From Chrysomallon squamiferum (Eukaryota; Animalia; Mollusca), in contig CM022673.1 in assembly GCA_012295275.1 (NCBI GenBank), forward strand, positions 23,374,001-23,438,000: DNA of 64,000 nt, read 5' to 3'. The notes under the pieces were generated by a model that saw only the letters and a list, made by a program, of their open reading frames with translations, did no database searches and was not told the DNA's origin. The position numbers were made by a program, and so were the translations under genes. Below, piece after piece: positions 40,130 to 55,262 of this stretch. The first letter of the stretch is position 1. The number at the start of each line of letters is the position of its first letter.

Positions 40130-40410
40130 ATGTTTTTGTAGCGGGAGTAATTTTTTTCAGAACTGCATTGTGAAATAATCTTTTGTTAGTAAACAAAAGT
40201 AAATAAAGAATTAACAACAATAATTAGCAACGTGTCAGCGATACAATGACTTAATGTCAATTTTGTCGGTCAGTTTTGTCGAATCTTGGCATTGAATTTA
40301 AATAAAGATTCAAGACGACATCACCAGAACTTCTGCTAGCTTCTGTTTAGTTTTAACCACTTAATAATAACATAACATGGATTCAAACTTTTAAAACTGT
40401 TATGTACTAG

Positions 40411-40679
40411 CAGGGCCGGATTTCCCATACAGACTTTCTAGGACGGCAGGATGATAGGGGTTAGAGTTTATGTTACATAAATTCGTTTTTTTACATTTGA
40501 TTTATAAATAAATCATTATGTAAATGTAAAACCATGTTTTTGCTTTCAACTAGATCATAAGTTATAACCATTCATATTATACAAACTAAGTGGGAAGGGT
40601 GAGGGGGACTTGAGTCTTTAGATGGGGGCGGTAAATTAGTTTTAGCCTATGGGCGGCAAGCACATTAAATCCAACCCCG
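40411..40679. mobile_element. Non-autonomous hAT-like MITE (~270 bp)
   Basis: Imperfect TIRs CAGGGCCGGATTT ... AAATCCAACCCCG, flanked by near-duplicated 8-mers TGTACTAG (40403-40410) and AGTACGAG (40680-40687), consistent with an 8-bp hAT TSD. Confidence 0.6.
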
Positions 40680-42974
40680 AGTACGAGATAATAACTTTGT
40701 GCCCAAACCCACAAATCATGCACGAAAACTAGTTCAGGTCGGAAACATATTGACTCGACTACAACGTTTATATATTCATGTCAATGCATTAATATTTTCA
40801 CGTAATATTCAAGCCTGTACCTGGCCGCCAGAACGTGTTATCTGACACCCACATAATATTACATGTACTTTGTTGGCGATTATATTCGTTTGAACAAGTA
40901 ATTCACGTATCGTGGCGTCCTAGCAGCGACTCGAAAGAATGTTATCTTTCTGTCGGTGTTCAGCCGCTATCAGTGCAGTGAATGGAAATAATGAATGGCG
41001 AGATCTGTACGCACCCACCCGAATAAATTAAATGACGCCCACCATATATGTAAAATAGAATCTTACTATCAGTGAAGAAAGAGAAAAAAATAAAATAAAT
41101 AAAGAGTACGACGTCTGAAAAGTAATAACTGAGATATAAATAATAATAATAATAATAATATCGGCGACCGAAATAATTATTAAAAAAAAAAAAAAAAAAA
41201 AAAAAAGCGGTGTGTTTGTGTGCGTGGTTATTTGTTACAGTAACTGATGCAACTTGACTGGATGTTATTAGTAATTAAAAGAAACTAAAGATTTATTTTA
41301 TGATTTTATTATAGATCTATTTTTTACGTTACTACCTTGTTCATTACTGATTTATTTTAACCGGTACAGTAGTATTAGGGCCGGATCAAAAATTTCAGAA
41401 AATAATTTTCAATCACTGTTGTAAAATTAACTATCAGAATTAAACGAATTTCTGGAAAAACAACAACAAGAACAACAACCAAAAAAAAAAAAAAAAAAAA
41501 AATGTAAAAAAAAAAATAAAAAGAAGAGAAAAATATAAATAAAAAAACAATCAGTCGGAAATTTTGCCTTTCTTCTCTTATCTTGAAGCCCTTGTATATT
41601 TATTATCGCTTATTATAAGTATACAGGTATACTACTTATATCATATTATATCATATTATCAGATAAATGTTTCATCAAAAGGAAAATATATTTAAATACT
41701 TTTGTACATCAACCAAAACAAATGGGCAAATCAAAGGTCTAAACAAAAACTTCACCGGGAAATATGAACTAATAGTAATTTCCAAATAGACTAACCAGTT
41801 CAGGCTTTTCAACAAATAATAACGCATGGTTTTCGGTAACACATATAAACTACGTTTTAAATGTCAACTACGATTAATAAGTTGTTAATGTAGTCTGAGA
41901 TGAAAATTTAACGAAGTGGTTATCACGACATTGTGTGTATGTACAAAATTAATCATGAAAAAACGTTTATGTGTGAAATTTATGAATGCAACAGAAAGAA
42001 TTTGCGAAAAAATATTATTACTTAACCAGGCCTTTTTCTATGCATTATTAGTCGCTGAAAGTAACGATCATATGTTATAAATATTAAGATTCCCATGACG
42101 CTAGTAATGATATGATTATCACAGCATAATTACATCATTATAATGTATTACATAAACACATTATGTTTGTCTATTCTGTAGAATTATAGAAACTTACGTA
42201 ATGTTTCTACATATATGTTTCTGGCAAGTATTGGAAGAGCTATATGCTATATATAAAGGAAAAAAAAAAAGGTAAGGAATATTTTGAAATGGGGAAGTAA
42301 AAAGCACATCACGGTCTATCCATTTTTAAATATTTATTTATTTATTTATTTATTATGAATATTATTTCATCTTTACAATTATAACTTCCATTTAATTTTT
42401 CTGTCTCTCTCAAAAAATCCTGTTTCCTCCCCTAAATTGGGACTAATGAAATTAAATTAAGGATTTGTGTGTATGTATGTATGTATGTATATATATATAT
42501 ATATGTAATGTCATTTACATAATTATATATCCTAACAGACTGCGATTAAAAAAAAGAAAAAAAAAAGAGCCCACCTCGTAAGGATACAGCAAGCTGTTGA
42601 TAAATCACAGCCGCACTCTATAGTCTACCCGTTATAGGTTCATCAACATTTCATTGTTACATGAGACTACGTCACCAACTTTTCGGATATCTCAAAGTCC
42701 GTGAAGCGAGATGGAATTTTATTCACTGACCCAGCTTTCGTTATTACTTCAGCAGCAGACAAACAGCCCGAGGCAAGCGACCACAAAGCGGACAGTGACG
42801 TAAAAAGCCGATTACCAAGTTCGTAAACAGAAAGAGATGCTTATTATCAAATTTCCGGGATGGTTACATTTCAAAAGAAATTCCAAGCATTGTAATTATG
42901 AGTAAAAGCTGAAAAAGATAGCCCTTGTCATTTAAATGTTTAAAAGTGAAGTGTATATATTATTTTGTAATGAT

Positions 42975-42987
42975 TCTATCTATCTAA

Positions 42988-43032
<45 letters not shown>

Positions 43033-43155
43033 ACTATCTCTCTATCCATCCATCCATCCATCCATCTATCTATCCATCCATCCATCCATCCATCCATCCA
43101 TCTATCCATCCATCAATCTATCTATCTATCTATCTGTCTTTCTGTCTGTCTGTCT
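42975..43155. repeat. (TATC)n/(CATC)n/(TGTC)n tetranucleotide microsatellite
   Basis: Read directly. Confidence 0.95.
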
Positions 43156-43204
43156 TCTAGTCTGTCTATCTATATCTTTGTATGTTGTTAACACATACAT
43201 CCGA

Positions 43205-43252
<48 letters not shown>

Positions 43253-45801
43253 TTTAAAAAAAAGAAAAAAAAACAACAACAACAACATACAAACAAAGAA
43301 AAAAGAGAAACAGATTCACATCTAGAAAGGTAAACAAACAATTACAGAAAACACTGTATGCTTGGCATCCTCGTGGAATTTGGTCAAAATATAAATTTAG
43401 GTTAAACTAAGAAAATATATTTACTACTATAGACACGTGAAGTTTAAGACAATAATTTAGAATTATTCATTTTCGAAGAAAAACGATAGAGAAATAAATA
43501 AATAAACTAGAGTAGTGACTGCAATACATACATGTATATTCATTTATTCATATTATTATGCGTTCAGAGATATACACAGACACAAGTTCCATCTTAAAAC
43601 ACATATATATCTTTTTACATATATACACATAAAGGTATAAAGACATCTACACACGCAAAGTGATACATAAAGGACACGTTCATCGAATCACATATCAGTG
43701 ATTGGTATCCAGGATATAACTTCAATGGACAAAAGTTCAAACGAAATTTAGATGCAGACTGTAAGTTTTAGGAGTGTATACATACAGATAGTTATATGTT
43801 TCTTCATATACATAATAAATTTATTATAAAAGGTGTTTATCATTATGTTAATTACCTATTTTAAGTGGAAAACGAAACGTTCCTGCAAACTAAAACTTTT
43901 ATTTCACTACAATCCTGCAACATTTATTCACACGTGATATACTTCACTACTGATAAACGGTAATGCTTTTTTTGTTTTCGATTTTTTCTGGCCTTAAGAC
44001 AAGATACTAAAACTACGAGATATTCTTACCATTTCTTCTGTTCTAAAAATAAAACTAACAGTAATAATTTTCTGAATGATAATGTAGTCTCTCAATAAAG
44101 CAAAAAAAAAAAAAAAAAAAAAAAAAGAAAAAGAAAAGAAAGAAAAAAAAAAGGTTGAACAGAAACCGACAGTTTTATTTTTATTTTTATACTTAAATCA
44201 GTTCGTACATACAAATGCGAAAAAGTCCTGTTAGATCGAGGATATAATAAACCAGCAATAAACGTACTCAGTCTATTATGGTTATAATACAGTATTTCAA
44301 GTTCTGTATTGTAAATAGTCTTCACGAGCAGTTACCTTTTACTTTTTTTTTCTCTCTGTCTAGACATTTTAACTGTCTGCCAGACCGCATGATAAGCTGA
44401 AAAAAGCTCTTAGTAGATTTGTTTTTGTAACTTGCTCAGACTGACGCTCTGAAATATCAGTTAGCTCATCGATATAGCTTTTGTTACAATTTTAGAACGA
44501 TTTGTAAACTGCACTGACCGAATTTCCATATCATCGTCATTGCAAATTTATTAGTTTTGTCTTTGGAACAGTCATATCTTTTTATCTGCCAAATTCGCGC
44601 TTTCATTATACTATGTAAATGTATGATTTTTAATTACATATATAAGCTCCTCGTGAAATACAGTCTTTCTTTAATAATTATAAGAAACACTGAATTAATT
44701 TAACGATTAGGTAATGTTTCCAAAGAGTTTAGTCCTGTGGTTTTATGTTTTAAAAATATTCTTCTCTGGCGTTAAAACAAATTCTTCATAGTCCAATTGC
44801 CTCTCTTGTGTCATCATGGCAAATCATGTTCATAATTTGTGGTACTACAGACACTTCTTTGGACTGGTTATGTAACAGTGACATACAGATTATAAAAGTC
44901 TGAACAACATTGTCTCGAGTTTGTCTCCAAACATAAATAACAAAATCAAAAGCGGGGAAGCCTGGCCTTTCAACCTCCATTTGATAATAAGGAGATGTTT
45001 GACATTTTGAAGAATTGTTACGATTTCCGGGCTGACACGTGGCTCATAATGTAATTCATTCTAGCGCATGCGTAATAAGACCTAACTGCAGACAGGCTGG
45101 CGTGGGGTGTTGCTTTTATCGTAAGGCAAGACGTCGTCATCTGTTGCCCTTTGTTATGTTGATGTGTGCTGACAGAAAGTGCAACAACCCTGTGTTCCTT
45201 TATACACGTTATATATGTTATATTTAAGTCTGATTTTTTTTTTTTTTTTCAAACTGATGTATGCATGCTTTGCTCTTGCATCAGAATATCATGTTTTGAT
45301 GTAAGTTTAAATCTTTTTCACCCTCTTTAGCTGTAAGTAAAGTAAATCAGAAAATGATAAGAAAAATACTTTTGTTTCTTTATTGAGTGTGCGATCGTGC
45401 GTGTGTGTGTGTAACATCTAAAAAAACTAAATTATTTAATCCGAAAGTATTATATTCTGGTACAGTTTGTTCTTAACTGATTTAAAACATTTTATATTGA
45501 ATTGGCTTTTATTTTTAATTTTTAAAAAGTAAAATATATGGTGTTTATTTACTAATTCGTTCTGGTTTTAGCGTAACAGTTAATTCTAATCTACTGTCTA
45601 TTTCTCGCCACACAGTCATATGATACTTTTGTGTTTATGGGAAAGGGCATAAAAAAAAAATAATTCCTCGCTAATCGACGAGAGGGTGGCAACCCTTATT
45701 ATTATTATTATATTTTTTGACATGAATACAAACCTCTCATACACGATGTATAATGTGTGTGTATGTGTGTGTGTGTGTATATATCTATGTATGCATGTAT
45801 G

Positions 45802-45835
<34 letters not shown>

Positions 45836-47404
45836 ATATGTATGTATGTATGTATTAGTGATCTGTAAAAACTGTTAATATTAAAATGTTCAGATGTAGT
45901 AAACAAATACTCATTGATCTGATTTAATCTATAACGATTATGATGGATTAGTTATTACAGTGTCAGGTAACATTAAACAATTTTAAATTACTTTTATCGT
46001 TTTCATCTGTTGCTCACTTCACAGATGTTCAGAATCCGACATCCATGTTTTCTTTTATGCGTGCCTTTTGGTAATTTTTCTTTTTGTCCGTAAGAGTTCA
46101 ACATGTTACAGAGAATAGTAATAAGCTGAATAAATTCATACTACGTTTAGAAAACTCAGGGGCCGATTTGGGAGTGGGAAATTGAGAGACATCTTTAGGG
46201 AAAAGGGATATTGCATTTATGATATTTTCTATATCATGGTCACAAGTACCCTCTTACGAATAATTATGAATTACAAACATTTTCTCCAATTTTTTTACTT
46301 TAACTTTCTTTATTCTAAATTAAATAAAGAATAAGACAGAATGCTTGAAATAACCATTCCGACTACAGCAGTATTTTTGTAAAAGTTAAAAATACAAGCG
46401 TTTCTTTCTTTTCTTTTAAAATTATTATTAATTTTTTTTTATTAATTAATATATTAAAATAAATCTTAATCTTTTTTCTTTGTTTTTTAAATTAAATTTT
46501 CTTTTTTAATTTTTTTATTGATTTTTTTTATTATTTTTTCTTTTTTTTATTATTTTTTATTTTTTTACATTTTTTTTTTATTTTTATTGTTTTTTTATCA
46601 TATTTTAATACTTGAAACTCTTAGTTATTCCAATTATTTCCACTGGTTTTTATCGGATAATTTGTTGCACGTTGAAATATCTTGTGATGCTGTGTATAGG
46701 ATAAACATATTCTTTTACAAATGTTATTTACTGAACGAAGAATAAATGATAACTTTTTTTTATCTCACTATTTTAATTCTAATTATCGCTTCGACTTGTC
46801 AGTATGAAAGAAGCTTACTACAAACTTTAGAAAACGGTGAAAAGAGTGAAACTAAAATAATCTAAGAAAAAAAACTCCTGCAACCGAGTGATGCTGATTT
46901 ATAAATATAGTGCTAGAGCTTATCACCAGAAGGTGAAAAAATATAGCATATACATTTTCACAACCCAATCTAGAACAAACACTTGACTGAGTGGAAGCTT
47001 GTGATTACATAAACAACACTCGTGGCAGCTAAACGAAACGGTTATCTGCGTTACTTACATGATAGATAAAAAAAAAAAAAGAGAAATAGAAGAAGAAAAA
47101 CAGAAAGAAAAAAAAAGAGAAGGATAAATAAGGCTGGAAAAGAAGAATTAAAATTGAAAATTATAGAATTATATGTTGAGAACCTTGTAGAAACATTGTA
47201 TTCATAGAGATAAGTTTTAACACGAAATATGTTTCTTAGTTTATAAAATAGGGTTACGTTTTGTGAAGTAATTATGAATATACACTCTTTCACGTGAACA
47301 ATAACTTCGTGAATAAAATGCGTGTTTAAGATTACAGTAAGGCGTTTAAAACATAAAGTTCTATATCGTGAGTGGGCTTATACTTATTTAGAGAGTTTTA
47401 AACA

Positions 47405-47580
47405 TACATAGATACATGAACACACACACAGACACATACATATACATACGTACGTACATACATACATACATACATAAACACCTACACACATAGATTCATG
47501 AACGCACACACACACACACATACATATACATACGTACGTACATACATACATACATACATACATAAACACTTACACACATA
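47405..47580. repeat. Tandemly duplicated compound CA/TACA microsatellite block (~80-85 bp unit x2)
   Basis: The unit catgaac...cacacatacatatacatacgtacgtacatacatac...cataaacac occurs twice. Confidence 0.8.
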
Positions 47581-47771
47581 CGTTCGTAGACACTAAACAA
47601 CAGAAGACACCTCTTCATCCTAATATTACTACTACTACCACTACTAACCCTTCTTTCATACCCATGTTACTGCTAAATGTTAACAAATAACAGTGATAAC
47701 ATTAATATTAACAACAATTAAAAATAAAATACATCATCATCATCAGTAATAATAATAATGCAACTACTACT

Positions 47772-47818
<47 letters not shown>

Positions 47819-48393
47819 AGTAACCATTATTATTATTAAGGTAAACAAATAAATAAATAAAAAAAAAATAAATTATCTATTGCTGTTAATTATACTTACT
47901 GAAGAATTTTAATTTTGACTCACCTGAATTATTTTCACGTCTTTCTCAGCACAAAGTACCTTGTCTGTCTGACGTCATTGAGGTCAAATGTCATGCTATT
48001 ATGACGTCATAAATTTAGCTTAGCAATAAAGAATATCTATCTACCAGAACAGCTAGTAAATAAACTTTCATTCGGAATTTCTGTTTTAGACCCATTCCTG
48101 GAGTAAATTAAAGGATAACATATTTATTTTATTAATACTTTATATTTTCAAGTACATTATCAGCATAATAATTTTGTTAAATTAATGAGCAAAACTGTAA
48201 TATTTGTAACTGAAATATAAAATTAAAATTAAAATAATTAATAAAATGAAAAAATATAATAATAAAAAATTAATAAAAAAAAGTTGAAACATTTTGATTC
48301 TTATCCTTTTTATTACAATCGTTGTCGTTGTTTTCTTGTAGTTCTTATTCTTACTGCAGGTCGTTTTTGAACACATAATAATAATAAGAAGAA

Positions 48394-48424
<31 letters not shown>

Positions 48425-48944
48425 AAGACAAGAAAACAAAAACGGGGAAAAGTAAAGAAAAGAAAGAAATAAAGAAACGCCCATAAAGCACAACATCGTA
48501 AATAAACTGTATTATTTTTTAGGAAACATACCAATACTCGTATTTCACTGATTCAGTTTAAGGAATGCATAGCTTCTTTTTCTTTCTTCTTTTTAACAAA
48601 AATCTCAATGCAACCAAACAGACATTTCAGGAAAAAAAAAAAAAAAAAAAAAAAAGAAAAAGAAAGAAAGAAAGAAAAAAGGAAAAAAAAAAAAAAAAGA
48701 AAAAAAAAGAAAAAAAGAAATATGTATAAAACAGAAATGTTTCACAATAATTAGATCGCTCTCTGACGTACTTTCACGAAGAGAAAAAAGTTGGAGTAAA
48801 CAGAACGCGAGCGTGCTTCACGTTACATCATATCGGGTAAATACGTGTTGAGATAAGTGTGGTGAGATAAGAAAGTTATTTGTGATAGGAATGCTTCACG
48901 TTCATATCAATCTGTGTAATGTTTCATTACTTGTGATTTAAAGA

Positions 48945-49034
<90 letters not shown>

Positions 49035-51729
49035 AATTATATTAATAAATGAAGGAAGGAAGGAGAAAAAGAGTGATACAGACTGAAAGAGGAGCAGTCA
49101 GGGAAAGATAGAAAGTGAAGCAGACAGAGCGAAACGAATGGAGAAAGAGTATATTAATGAGTATATAAAGAAAAAAAATACTACCACTACTACTACGATT
49201 ACTACTACTACTACTATTACTACTACTACTACTAATAATAATAATAATAACAACAACATTTTATTAAATATTAATTTTTAAATTGAGATGTTAATTAATA
49301 TAATAAAACTGTCAAATAAATGATGTATTTTAAGATCTCAGTATATAATTTAAGCGAGATTTCACTTGTTAGAAATAATACATGTTTGCACTTAAGATGG
49401 GGTAAGATGATAATATATTTTTCAAGAGCTTCATGTTAACACGGTGCACAAACTTGGCACAGAATCAACATGATAAAAAATATGTTTCTAAATACTACAG
49501 CTTGTGCAATTTTATGACCTAGCGAGGCAGTAGTTATGTCATCAGTTCAAAATCTGGGAGTTGTGAGATCGCATTATGCACGGAAAAGCTGTATTGACAA
49601 CACAAACTTTTCATTAAGTTAACATAATTAAGAACTATATTTTTATAATACGAATCTGCTAAGTAATTTATGTGTGAAAATGCATTTCATTTGAGAACTG
49701 CAGCTAATGTAGGATTGTATAATTATGTTTGTTGTCTTTATTTTCAATTAACATATAAAGTATATTTTATCCACTTGGGTGAGATTAGAAACAAATTCCA
49801 TGTTAACAAGAGATCTAAGATAATTATGATGAACAGATTTTCAACATTTATTAAATTTAGAGATATAATAAAACACAGAATCTCACCTGTACCGGTTTCA
49901 CCGCAGGTTGTACTGTTACAGAACTGGACGGAGCAGTTATTATTTGTCACAGGTTTTGTTTTCTATCAACGAGAAGGCGCATATTATTATTAAAATCTGT
50001 TTCTATATTCTATACCAGTGATCACAGACTGACATCAGTCATCAGGTTTCCTCTCTCATACCAGTAAACGAAAATCACTTTAGTTAGTTACAGTAGTACA
50101 AAACAGTAGTTTGCTTTTAGTTTTCATTCGTAGATTTTATAACAGCAGTAATCTGATTAGATGCCGACAAATTAGATCTATGCTGAAAATTTATATTTAT
50201 ATGTTTTGTTTGTTTTTTTTTTCTTTAAAAGAAAGCAAAGAAACTGTTCCAAGTTACTAAACATAGATGTGAAAACCAGGCTCATAGCACTGTCTTCTTT
50301 AATATGTTGGGTGGTCATGTTAAAAGTATGAAGTTTTAAAAGAAATATAAACCAGAGATGTGTCATTCAACATTGCAAATATCTGTTTACAAATATTAGT
50401 GGCAAATCAGTTTATAACAGACGTCTTCTTGTACTAATATGTCATGACTTGTTAAGTGACCCCAAAAAGATAATAATCATAGAGATGTCTTTTAGCTCAG
50501 AAATCAGTTGTGAATTAACTGATGTATATTTAAGTTTTAATATTCTAACATAGGCGAAAAGGAAAATGTACACAAAAAGACTCCATAAATGAATATTAAT
50601 TTATTCTCAGTATGTTATAATGTTAACACGTACTGAATATCAAACTTTTAATTTTAGAGTCATGATGATATAAGACAAATCCAGCTACGGTTTCTTCATG
50701 GGATATACTTTTTGATTAGAGATTCTTTATGTTTTTCCTTGAAAATGACATTATATCGTGGTCTTTAATAACCATTTAAACAGCGCTGGATGAATCAGAA
50801 AAGCGTATAGGAAAGCACATAAAACAATCAAAGAGGATTGGAAACAGCGTAGTAATTACTAATACTGTACATTTGTTTTGTAAACACTCGGCCTGATAAT
50901 TATGTAAAAATTCTAAGAAGCAGCCATCTTCCATTTTAATATTTCTGAGTTCTAACGCAATAGAAAATTCAAAATAATTCTTCCCGAAAAAAATAAAATA
51001 AATAATAATAATACTAACATTTTAAAATATATCTACATTTCGTTGCGAAATGAATGTTTACAAATATCAATGGTGACTTGTTAGCTTTGAAGGCATCTTG
51101 TTGTTATAACTTGCCATCATTTTCTAAGTGAGATAATAACACAGACGCTGCTAACTGCATTAATATTATTGTAACAAGAAGAGAAAAATGATGCAAAAAT
51201 ATTTTTGAACGATGAATCCGACAGCGGTAATTCCAAAGGTTATTCCTACTGATCAGCAGCAAGGACTCGTTTATGCAAAAAATTCTGATTAACAACATGG
51301 CTAAAACTGGAACTAGCCAGTCTTTTTCATCTTTTGTAGTATAATTAATTTTTATTGGAATTATGTTTTATAATTACAAAATTCTCAGAGCAACGATTCT
51401 AAGTTTTAATAAAAAGTAGCAAATTGATAACTAAGTAAAAACAAAACAAATCAAAAAGTGTGTAATACATTGTATTATCCAAAAATGTCTCTTGATTATG
51501 ATTTATTAGTAATTAGCATAGCACTCAATACAATCAAACCCATATACATCTATACATTATATAACAAAGTAACAAAATAGTAAAAAAATACTTAACTGAA
51601 AACAAACGTGCAACAAACATAATTCTACAATATTAAATTATTCAACATTGTTGTTGATCCAACAAACCAGAAATTCTAAAATAAAATTTTCCTGAAAATT
51701 ATTTTCATTACCATATCTTAAAACAGATA

Positions 51730-51945
51730 GTGAACGTTTTAACACACGTTTCAACTCTAACAAAACAATACTTTTTTTTTCTGAATGTTTTCTTTAAACC
51801 TGTATTTTACTGGTTTTCATTTGTTTAAATAAAATTTTCCCGTAAAATATTTTCTTTACTAAAACTTAAATTAGAATGTGAACATTTTGTTTTTGACATA
51901 CGTTTCAACTCCAACAAAACAATACTATAATTTCTAAAAGTTTTT
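51730..51945. repeat. Short direct duplication downstream of the BRCA1 stop
   Basis: gtgaac...acgtttcaactcyaacaaaacaatact at ~51730-51790 and ~51878-51945. Confidence 0.7.
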
Positions 51946-52971
51946 TTTTTTTTTTTTTTTTGTTCTAAATAATCAATAAATGTTATACTTTTTATAGGTA
52001 ACATAAAACAATGTCAAGAAAAAGAAAGAAAAAAGACATATAATTATCTACATTGTCAACCATCTGGTAATAATATACAGAAACACGTTTAACATACACA
52101 CAACTATACAATACTTAATTAAACTTACATTAGTTTTTACTATTTGTATTTCATTATAACTTATTTTTGGAATAGCTGAATCTTACTCCTAACATACAAA
52201 GGGAAACAATTTGATATATATTTACATAAAAAAAAAAAAAAAAAAAAAACTTAAGCTGATTTCCAGTTCTAAATTACTCTTAAATACCTAAAAAAATAAA
52301 ATAAAAATAAAAATAATAATATAATGAAACTTTAATGAAACGTTTTATTTACAAATTCATGCTACTTAAGGTCTTATAAATTCATCAGACTACCTTAAAT
52401 TTACTGTTACCATTCCTACTAACACTGAGTTAACCAGACTCAACACAAAACTAAAAATGTGGCATACTCAGATGCACATTTATAGCTGAAATAGTACATC
52501 ATTTATATGCTTCGTTACATTCGTATATACTTTTTATATTTACCAACGAAAGAATATGCAGTGTGTGTGCGCGTGCATGCACTGAAGCCTGAATTAAAGT
52601 GTATTTTTGATAGTCTAGACAGCTTAAATTCTAATATTAAGTAAACTTCATAGTTATTTTTTTTTTATCTGAATGAATTAACATTACTATAAAGGGTAAA
52701 CTAAAGCTTTCAGGCATATTCATAAATTTGTAATTTTCTAACATTTATTTGTAAAAAAATAAGCTGTAGTATATATATATATATATATAAAATAGTAACT
52801 GTGGTACATCCAGAATTTATTTAAATGGCATGTAAAGATATATAATTATCAGTTACATGTATTAAATCTTTTCTGTAAAATTGATTATAGATTTTAATTA
52901 ATAGATCTACATTTTAAATGATATTTTATCAGCAGTGCTCTTTCAAATAATCAAGTCAAAACCTATAATTT

Positions 52972-53102
52972 TCAAAAAGGCAACAGCTCATGATCTATTT
53001 GAGTAAGGACATAGTCGGTCAGTGGCTGGAGCTGATACACACCAATACTGTCCAGTGCCCACTCTCTGGACACAGTGACAATACCCAGGTGTTTGTAGTG
53101 AC
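52972..53102 (-). CDS. BRCA1: BRCA1 last coding exon (end of BRCT2)
   Basis: (S)HYKHLGIVTVSREWALDSIGVYQLQPLTDYVL...LPF*; compare human [22 protein letters not shown]. Confidence 0.9.
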
Positions 53103-53463
53103 CTGCAAAAACAAGAAAAAAAAAAAATTTATGGAAAAATTATCCATGAACAAAAAAAAAAAAAAAAAAAAAAAAAAAGATATAGATTTAAAAAAATATA
53201 ATTGTATTTGTACCTGAAAATAAAACAAATTTGATTTGGTTTATATTTTTAATTAGATTTGAAATTAATTGACATTATTATTATTATTTTTTTAATTTTA
53301 TATTCTTCTTAGTGCTCATCATTATAAAACAATTTTGGCCTTTGATTAACAAGATAACTTCTCAAATTCTTTACAATCTGCATTTAAGGAATTTTAATCT
53401 GGTTCCTTAGCATGAAACTCCAGTTTCCCACTTTACAACTAACTGCTGTGTTCAAATACTCAC

Positions 53464-53619
53464 TGTTGAAAAAATCCACTTCAGAGAGGGATGGGGGAGA
53501 GTCCTCAGTGTCCAAGCATCGGATAATTAGTTTTCTGTTGTCTGTTTTTACTGTCCCCAACTCCCAGGGATCATCAGCTACGTCAGCACCACACATTTTT
53601 AACAAGTCAACCATATCGT
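53464..53619 (-). CDS. BRCA1: BRCA1 exon (BRCT2)
   Basis: tacag|AC GAT ATG...: DDMVDLLKMCGADV...DFFN|gtgagt. Confidence 0.9.
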
Positions 53620-53699
53620 CTGTACAGAACAATGATAAATAAATGACTGTAGTAGTATGTTTTTGTATTAATTAACAAATGCAACAAACTGACTAAATG

Positions 53700-53732
<33 letters not shown>

Positions 53733-53981
53733 AACAAAACTAACAGCCAGTCCACACTTCCAAAAAAATCCCAACATTAAAAATAATAATAATAACAACA
53801 AACAACAATAGTGATTAAAATAATAATAATTCCTCTTCTTTTTCTACTTGATAACAGTAATCATAATAATAATAATTTTGCTTTTTATTTTATTTAGGAC
53901 AAACCTCATTAACATAAATAACAATCGTAATTAAAATTTTTAAATTATAGTGATTTATAAACATAATATAAAATTAATTAC

Positions 53982-54117
53982 CTTTTGTCATTTCATTGCT
54001 AACACCAATGCAAGTCAAACTAAAACCAGTAAAGAGTTTGTCTGGTGTTGTTCTTGATGCCTTTGGTCCATAATGAACTTGTTCACTGACTGTATCACTA
54101 GTAATTTCATAATCATC
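53982..54117 (-). CDS. BRCA1: BRCA1 exon (BRCT linker, start of BRCT2)
   Basis: DDYEITSDTVSEQVHYGPKASRTTPDKLFTGFSLTCIGVSNEMTK|gtaatt; compare human HQGPKRAR...KIFRGLEICCYGPFTNMPT. Confidence 0.92.
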
Positions 54118-54791
54118 CTGAAATTAAAAGAAAAAAGTTAATAATTATAAAAATAATAAAATTAAATAAATAAATAAAAAAAAAAAAATGCATTTTTATA
54201 AATATCAACCTTTAAAAAGCTGAAAGGAGATAATAGCTGCTTCTTGCAAAATACAAAAATGTGATATCAATAAAATGAGGACAAAAATCAAGTTAAATAT
54301 TATAAATTATATACTGACATTAGTTTTAGATAATTTTACTTTAAGTAACAAATTAAAAAATAAAAACCAAAAAAACATTTCACTTTTTAGCTATCTTATT
54401 CAAAATGTACAAGAAATATTTATTCATGTATTCAGTTATATATGGCATTAATATTTTGAAAGATAATTCAAACACAGCATTCATACACTTGAATTTAAAG
54501 GAAAATAAATCTGGAAGAAATTGTTTTAAAAATATAAACTTTCCCTAGACTCAAAAAACAAATACCAAAGAATGTTAATAACATGAGTAGAAAACTACTG
54601 CCGATACTCTTATGATTCCTCTTGTCCACCAGCAGCTTCACATATACATAGGATAAAACCGAAACATCTTAGACAGGCTCACAAAGGAAAAGAATATAAG
54701 GTGGATTAATACTGTATGCTATATTTTGTAACTACTAAACCACTCTCTAAGAACATAATGTTGAAAGTAATCAAAACTTTTGTTTAAATAC

Positions 54792-54916
54792 CTCAGACAA
54801 CAATGTACCAGCCTCCCTTGAATCAATAACCCACTGGAAACTAACAATGAAACATTTAGCAGCAATACCCTGGAAATACTTCAGAGTTCTGTCACATCTT
54901 TTGTGTTCTTCATCAA
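54792..54916 (-). CDS. BRCA1: BRCA1 exon (BRCT1, RTLKY motif)
   Basis: (V)DEEHKRCDRTLKYFQGIAAKCFIVSFQWVIDSREAGTLLSE|gtattt; compare human [23 protein letters not shown]. Confidence 0.95.
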
Positions 54917-55174
54917 CTGGAAAAGACAACAACAATAATAATAATCATAAGCAAAATTAAAAAAAAAGAAGAAGAAGTAATTAACAAACAAAAGAAATTG
55001 AACTCTCAAAACACTAAAATAAGTGTTATCAATAAAATAAATGATCTTTGTTACCAACTGAATTAATTATTTATTTGGTGATACAAATAAATATTGTAAA
55101 AATTTTTACTAAACAGTAGAGGTAAGTTTTATAAACAAGCCATATGGTAAAGTTTAACATATCTCTGTACAAAC

Positions 55175-55262
55175 CTGTTTTCACAATAACGTGTGTCACC
55201 CTGTTGTTGAATTTTCTGTAAAATTTACATTCACTGTTTTCAGCAAACTGTTGCACAACAAG
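55175..55262 (-). CDS. BRCA1: BRCA1 exon (BRCT1)
   Basis: LVVQQFAENSECKFYRKFNNRVTHVIVKT|gtttgt; compare human TTHVVMKT. Confidence 0.92.
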
